64,000 nucleotides of DNA. It comes from Candidatus Latescibacterota bacterium. GTDB taxonomy: Bacteria > Latescibacterota > UBA2968 > UBA8231. The translations under genes and the position numbers were made by a program. Each line of letters begins with the position of its first letter. Position 1 is the first letter of the stretch. The notes beneath the pieces were generated by a model. The model was not told the origin of the DNA, did no database searches, and saw only the letters and a program-made list of their open reading frames with translations. The stretch covers positions 416,001 to 480,000 of the forward strand of contig OZ252098.1 of NCBI GenBank assembly GCA_965248355.1. Reading direction: 5' to 3'. Shown here piece by piece: positions 59,941 through 64,000 of the stretch.

Positions 59941-61203
59941 ATGGACAGGAAGATACGAAGGAGGAGGTGGCCGCCGAGGCGAATCGCCGGGGTGGCCGCG
60001 GCGGCCCTCTTCGCCGCCTTCGCGGCCTGGGGGTTCCTCAAGGACAGCGGCGTTCGCAAGCTCAACGTCGACCGCGACCGGGTGACCATCTCCGAGGTCG
60101 TCCACGGCCCCTTCCAGGAGTACACCCCGGTGCGCGGCACCGTGCTGCCCATCCGCACCGTCTACCTCGACGCCCTGCAGAGCGGCCAGGTGCAGCGCGT
60201 CTTCGTCGAGGAGGGGACCCACGTGGAGGAGGGCGATCCGCTGCTGCGCCTGGCCAATCCCGAACTCGAGCTGCACGTGCTGCAGCAGGAGTCGGAGCTG
60301 CAGCGGAGGATCGAGGAGCTTCGCAGCGGCCGCCTGACCATGGAGCAGAACCTGCTCAGCTCCCGGCAGCGCCTCATGGAGATCGAGTACAAGGCCCAGA
60401 TCGACCGCCGCAACTTCGAGCGCTACGCCTCCCTGTCGCAGGAGGACCTGGCGGCGATCATGCCCCTCCAGGACTACGAGAAGCTGCGCGACAACTACCA
60501 GTTCAACACGCGCAAGCTCGACCTCACCCGGGAGACCCACCGGCAGGACTCGCTGCTGGCCGTGGACCGGGTGGTGCAGGCCCGGTCGGCGGTGGAGCGC
60601 ATGGAGCGCAACCTGGAGATCATCCGGCGCCGCCTCGACGACCTCACGGTGCGCGCCCCGGTCTCGGGGCAGCTGACCGCCCTCGACGCCGAGACCGGCG
60701 AGAGCAAGGGGTCGGGCACGCGCCTCGGCCAGATCGACATCCTCGACGGCTTCAAGGTGAGGGCCGCCATCGACGAGCACTACATCGCCCGCGTCGACCG
60801 CGGCCAGCGCGGCCGGTTCGACCACGACGGCAGGCCCTTGGGGCTCGTGATCCGCAAGGTCTATCCGGAGGTGCAGGAGGGCCGCTTCGAGGTCGACCTG
60901 ATCTTCGAAGACGAGGCCCCGGCCGGCATCCGCCGCGGCCAGACCCTGCACATCCGCCTCGAGCTGGGGGACCTCGACCAGGCCACCCAGGTGGCCCGGG
61001 GCGGGTTCTACCAGGCCACGGGCGGACACTGGGCCTATGTGCTGGAGCCGTCGGGGGACCGGGCCATGAAGCGGGTGATCCGGCTGGGCCGGCAGAACCC
61101 GAAGGTCTACGAGGTGCTGGAGGGGCTCCGCCCGGGGGAGAGGGTGATCACCTCCGGGTACGAGGGCTTCGGCGAGGACATGGACGTGCTCGTGCTCAAG
61201 TGA
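59941..61203 (+). CDS. HlyD/MacA-type periplasmic adaptor of an ABC efflux system
   Basis: MDRKI, TM, GTVLPIRTVYLDA...GQV..VFVEEG..VEEGD, VRAPVSGQL, LGRQNP. Confidence 0.9.
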   Translation: MDRKIRRRRWPPRRIAGVAAAALFAAFAAWGFLKDSGVRKLNVDRDRVTISEVVHGPFQEYTPVRGTVLPIRTVYLDALQSGQVQRVFVEEGTHVEEGDPLLRLANPELELHVLQQESELQRRIEELRSGRLTMEQNLLSSRQRLMEIEYKAQIDRRNFERYASLSQEDLAAIMPLQDYEKLRDNYQFNTRKLDLTRETHRQDSLLAVDRVVQARSAVERMERNLEIIRRRLDDLTVRAPVSGQLTALDAETGESKGSGTRLGQIDILDGFKVRAAIDEHYIARVDRGQRGRFDHDGRPLGLVIRKVYPEVQEGRFEVDLIFEDEAPAGIRRGQTLHIRLELGDLDQATQVARGGFYQATGGHWAYVLEPSGDRAMKRVIRLGRQNPKVYEVLEGLRPGERVITSGYEGFGEDMDVLVLK

Positions 61204-61237
61204 GCGATTGACGAACACCAACAAGGGAGGAGACCCG

Positions 61238-61972
61238 ATGACGGAGGAAAAGGGCAACGGCAACGGCAACGGCAGGGAGTCCCTGATCCGGACCCTGGGG
61301 CTGCGCAAGCTCTTCACCACGGAGGAGGTGGAGACGACGGCCCTGGAGAACGTCAACCTCGAGATCCACGAGGGCGAGTTCGTGGCCATCATGGGGCCCT
61401 CGGGATGCGGCAAGTCGACGCTGCTGAACCTGCTCGGCCTGCTCGACAACCCGACGGAGGGGGAGTACTGGCTGTGCGGGGAGGAGGTGGCCGGCTACTC
61501 CGAGCGCCACCGGGCGAACCTGCGCAAGGGGACGATCGGCTTCGTCTTCCAGAGCTTCAACCTCATCGACGAGCTCACGGTCCACGAGAACGTGGAGCTG
61601 CCCCTGCTCTACCTGGGCCTGCCCGCCCCGCAGCGGCGGGAGCGCGTCCGGGAGGCGCTGGATCACATGCAGATCACCCACCGGGAGAAGCACTTCCCGC
61701 AGCAGCTGTCCGGCGGCCAGCAGCAGCGCGTGGCCGTGGCCCGGGCGGTGGTCGCCCAGCCCCGGCTGATCCTGGCCGACGAGCCCACGGGCAACCTGGA
61801 CTCCCGCCACGGCGACGAGGTGATGGCCATGCTGACGGAGCTGAACGAGTCCGATACGACCATCGTCATGGTCACCCACTCGCCGGCGTACGCCGACTAC
61901 GCCCACCGGATCGTCCACCTCTTCGACGGCCGCGTGGTGACGGAGAACATCATCCAGGAACGGGGGATCTGA
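61238..61972 (+). CDS. ABC transporter ATP-binding protein (LolD/MacB-type)
   Basis: GPSGCGKS, LSGGQQQRV, LADEPTGNLD, MVTH. Confidence 0.95.
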   Translation: MTEEKGNGNGNGRESLIRTLGLRKLFTTEEVETTALENVNLEIHEGEFVAIMGPSGCGKSTLLNLLGLLDNPTEGEYWLCGEEVAGYSERHRANLRKGTIGFVFQSFNLIDELTVHENVELPLLYLGLPAPQRRERVREALDHMQITHREKHFPQQLSGGQQQRVAVARAVVAQPRLILADEPTGNLDSRHGDEVMAMLTELNESDTTIVMVTHSPAYADYAHRIVHLFDGRVVTENIIQERGI

Positions 61973-62001
61973 CGCGGCGCCCGGCCGCCGCGACGACGGC
62001 T

Positions 62002-63402
62002 CTAGAGCGAGTTGAGGAAGGCGATCAGCGCCTGGCGGTCGGCGGCGCTCATCCGCCTGACCGCCTCCCTCGACTTCTCCCCTTCGCCGCCGTGGAACAT
62101 GACCGCCTCCATCAGGGTGGCGGCGCGGCCGTCGTGGAGGTAGGCGGGCACGCCGCTCACCGTCGCCGTCAGGCCGATGCCCCACAGGGGCGGAGTCCGC
62201 CACTCCCGACCGTCGGCCTCGTAGTCGGGACGGTGGTCGGCCAGCCCGTCCCCCATGTCGTGCAACAGCAGGTCGGTGTAGGGATGGATGACCTGGTTCG
62301 ACAGGTCGCCGACCTCGTGGGGGCCCGTGCGCAGGGTGGCCACGTGGCAGGAGGCGCAGCCGGCGCCGGCGAACAACTCCTCGCCGCGCAGGGCCAGGGG
62401 GTCGTCGATGCCGCGCCGCGCGGGAACGGCGAGGGTGGCCATGTAGAAGACCACGTCGTCGAGGATCTCCCGGGGCAGCTCGGGGTCGTCGTCGAGGCCA
62501 TCGGCCTGGGGCTGGCCGGCGGTGGACTCGCGCGGGAAGTAGGGGGTGGTGATGCCCATGTCCTCGCTGTAGGCGGCCGCCGCCTGCTGCAGCAGGGTGG
62601 GGTTGTTGGCCTTCCACCCGAAGCGTCCCAGGACGCGGCGCCCCGTGGCGACGTCGAAGACGTGGTTGGGCCGCCCCGAGACACCGTCTCCGTCGGCGTC
62701 GCCCGGGTCGGCCAGGGCCAGGATCTCCGCCTCGTTCACCGCCTCGAGGAGGCCGCGTCCGAACACCGGGGGCGCCATGCGCGCCGAGGTGAGCACCCCC
62801 GCGGGCCACTCCGTGTAGGGGTCGACGATGTCGTACGCCGGATGGCGGAGCGTGTAGGTCCCGCCGTCGGCGAAGCGGCCCTCCTCCTCGAAGTAGCTCA
62901 CCTCCACGCGCGCCTCGGGGACCACCCCGAAGATCGCCCGGTCCCCGATCTGCACGCCGAATCCCGGCACCGGCGCCGGCGCGCCGGGATGCTCCGAGCC
63001 GACACCGGGGAGGCTGACGCGCATCAGGGAGGAACCTAGAAAGGGCGCGGTCGCCCCGAATCCGGAGCGCCCGCGCCCGTCGCGGCCGTGGCAGCCGGCG
63101 CAGGAGGTCTGGTTGAAGACCGGGCCGAGACCGCTGTTGACCTCGGCCGGGGCGCTGACGAAAACGGCCTCGAAGGCGGCGTCCCCCGAGAGGAAGCGCG
63201 CCATCTCCCCGGCATCGAGGCCGGGCACCGGGTTCTCGAAGGCGGTGCTGGCCGCGTCGAAGACGGTGGCCGCTCCACCCGACAGAGCCCGGTCGGCAGC
63301 CGGACCCGGATCGGGCCCGGAGGGGCCGCCGCCGCCGCAGCCGCCGAGGCCAAGGAGGACCCCGGCGTACCAGAGGCGGCTCGGGGCCGCCCGTCGACCC
63401 AG
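62002..63402 (-). CDS. Di-heme oxidoreductase (DHOR/DUF1111-like) lipoprotein
   Basis: Two CxxCH (CAGCH, CASCH), GLGPVFN, GRFGWKA, PYTDLLLHDMG, EWRTPPLWGIG, YLHDGRA; lipobox LGGC; probable CTG start after AGGGAGG. Confidence 0.85.
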   Translation of the reverse strand: MGRRAAPSRLWYAGVLLGLGGCGGGGPSGPDPGPAADRALSGGAATVFDAASTAFENPVPGLDAGEMARFLSGDAAFEAVFVSAPAEVNSGLGPVFNQTSCAGCHGRDGRGRSGFGATAPFLGSSLMRVSLPGVGSEHPGAPAPVPGFGVQIGDRAIFGVVPEARVEVSYFEEEGRFADGGTYTLRHPAYDIVDPYTEWPAGVLTSARMAPPVFGRGLLEAVNEAEILALADPGDADGDGVSGRPNHVFDVATGRRVLGRFGWKANNPTLLQQAAAAYSEDMGITTPYFPRESTAGQPQADGLDDDPELPREILDDVVFYMATLAVPARRGIDDPLALRGEELFAGAGCASCHVATLRTGPHEVGDLSNQVIHPYTDLLLHDMGDGLADHRPDYEADGREWRTPPLWGIGLTATVSGVPAYLHDGRAATLMEAVMFHGGEGEKSREAVRRMSAADRQALIAFLNSL

Positions 63403-63414
63403 ATCGGCCTCCCT

Positions 63415-64000
63415 CTATTGAGCCAGCACCAGGGGCAGGACTTCCTCCTCGAAAGTCCGCTGCACCTGTGCGATGGCCCGCTGCGCCTTCTCGATCTGCG
63501 CCGCGTCGCTGGCGATGGCGTCGCGGAAGGGATTGCTGATCCGGCCGATCTCGTCGATGGAGGCCCGGATCTCGCCCTTCAGTCGGCGGTCGAGGGCGTC
63601 GTTCCGCAGGGCGACGAACCCGTCGAGTCCGGGGCCCTCGCGGCCCCCGTAGTCCCCGGTATGGGCGTTCCACACGCTGCGCATGTTGTTCTGGAAGTCG
63701 TCCAGGGAGTTGAAGCTGAACTGGGACTCCACGAGCCGGGGGTCCTGCTCGCTGAAGGGGTCGGCGATCTTGCCGTTGGCCACCTCGTCGCAGATCCCGA
63801 TCATGCCGTTGACGATCTCCTGGACCGCGGACCGCTGGGAGGGGTAGACGTCGCTGCCGCCGCCGGCCTGGAGGACCTTGGCCACGAAGTTCCCGCCCGA
63901 GGGGATCCAGCTGGCGTGCAGGTCCTTTGCCGTCTGCGCCAGGAGGAGGGAGCTGGCCACGAGGTAGTCGAACTGGCGCCCGGTGAAGTCCGCGACGGTT
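63415..64000 (-). CDS. Imelysin (Peptidase M75)/IrpA-like iron-regulated protein, partial
   Basis: GICDEVANGKIADP, VESQFSFNSLDDFQNNMRS; adjacent to the DHOR gene; runs off window end. Confidence 0.8.
   Translation of the reverse strand, partial: TVADFTGRQFDYLVASSLLLAQTAKDLHASWIPSGGNFVAKVLQAGGGSDVYPSQRSAVQEIVNGMIGICDEVANGKIADPFSEQDPRLVESQFSFNSLDDFQNNMRSVWNAHTGDYGGREGPGLDGFVALRNDALDRRLKGEIRASIDEIGRISNPFRDAIASDAAQIEKAQRAIAQVQRTFEEEVLPLVLAQ

Overview
High-GC bacterial chromosomal window with no rRNA, tRNA, CRISPR array or intact mobile element. Gene content suggests an FCB-group candidate phylum such as Ca. Latescibacterota, possibly host- or sponge-associated (inference). The clues are the SprA T9SS translocon, WD40 proteins with YPNPFN/FlgD-Ig C-terminal sorting domains, a 'TAV..x.W..IK' C-terminal tail, and several PhyH and Gfo/Idh genes. 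Left part: ATP-grasp-like gene (partial), SDR + Gfo pair, 6xLysM amidase, an orphan lipoprotein/wHTH-PAS/HEAT trio, lptF/lptG, a sprA-comEA-pilM-like-coaD-obgE-dprA operon, and feoA-feoB plus a Cys-rich peptide with a candidate DtxR-type operator. Middle: a tandem array of three T9SS-tailed WD40 genes bracketed by two paralogous glycine-zipper genes with conserved ends and variable cores; a three-subunit thiocyanate-hydrolase-like (Co-type NHase) cluster; a heme-c temptin-like secreted protein; several eroded pseudogenes. Right part holds the best candidate for an undescribed system, a sigma-54 hub with four consensus -24/-12 promoters and two distinct paired UAS motifs. These drive (i) a stand-alone Fis-type HTH, (ii) an unannotated 29-aa membrane peptide, (iii) a non-canonical pspA operon in which two different membrane proteins share one conserved cytoplasmic coiled-coil tail, and (iv) an NtrC/HK-linked efflux adaptor plus ABC ATPase. 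The window ends with an imelysin/di-heme iron-uptake pair. Several 1-2 nt deletions may be long-read assembly errors. All family assignments come from motif recognition by eye; no database searches were run.
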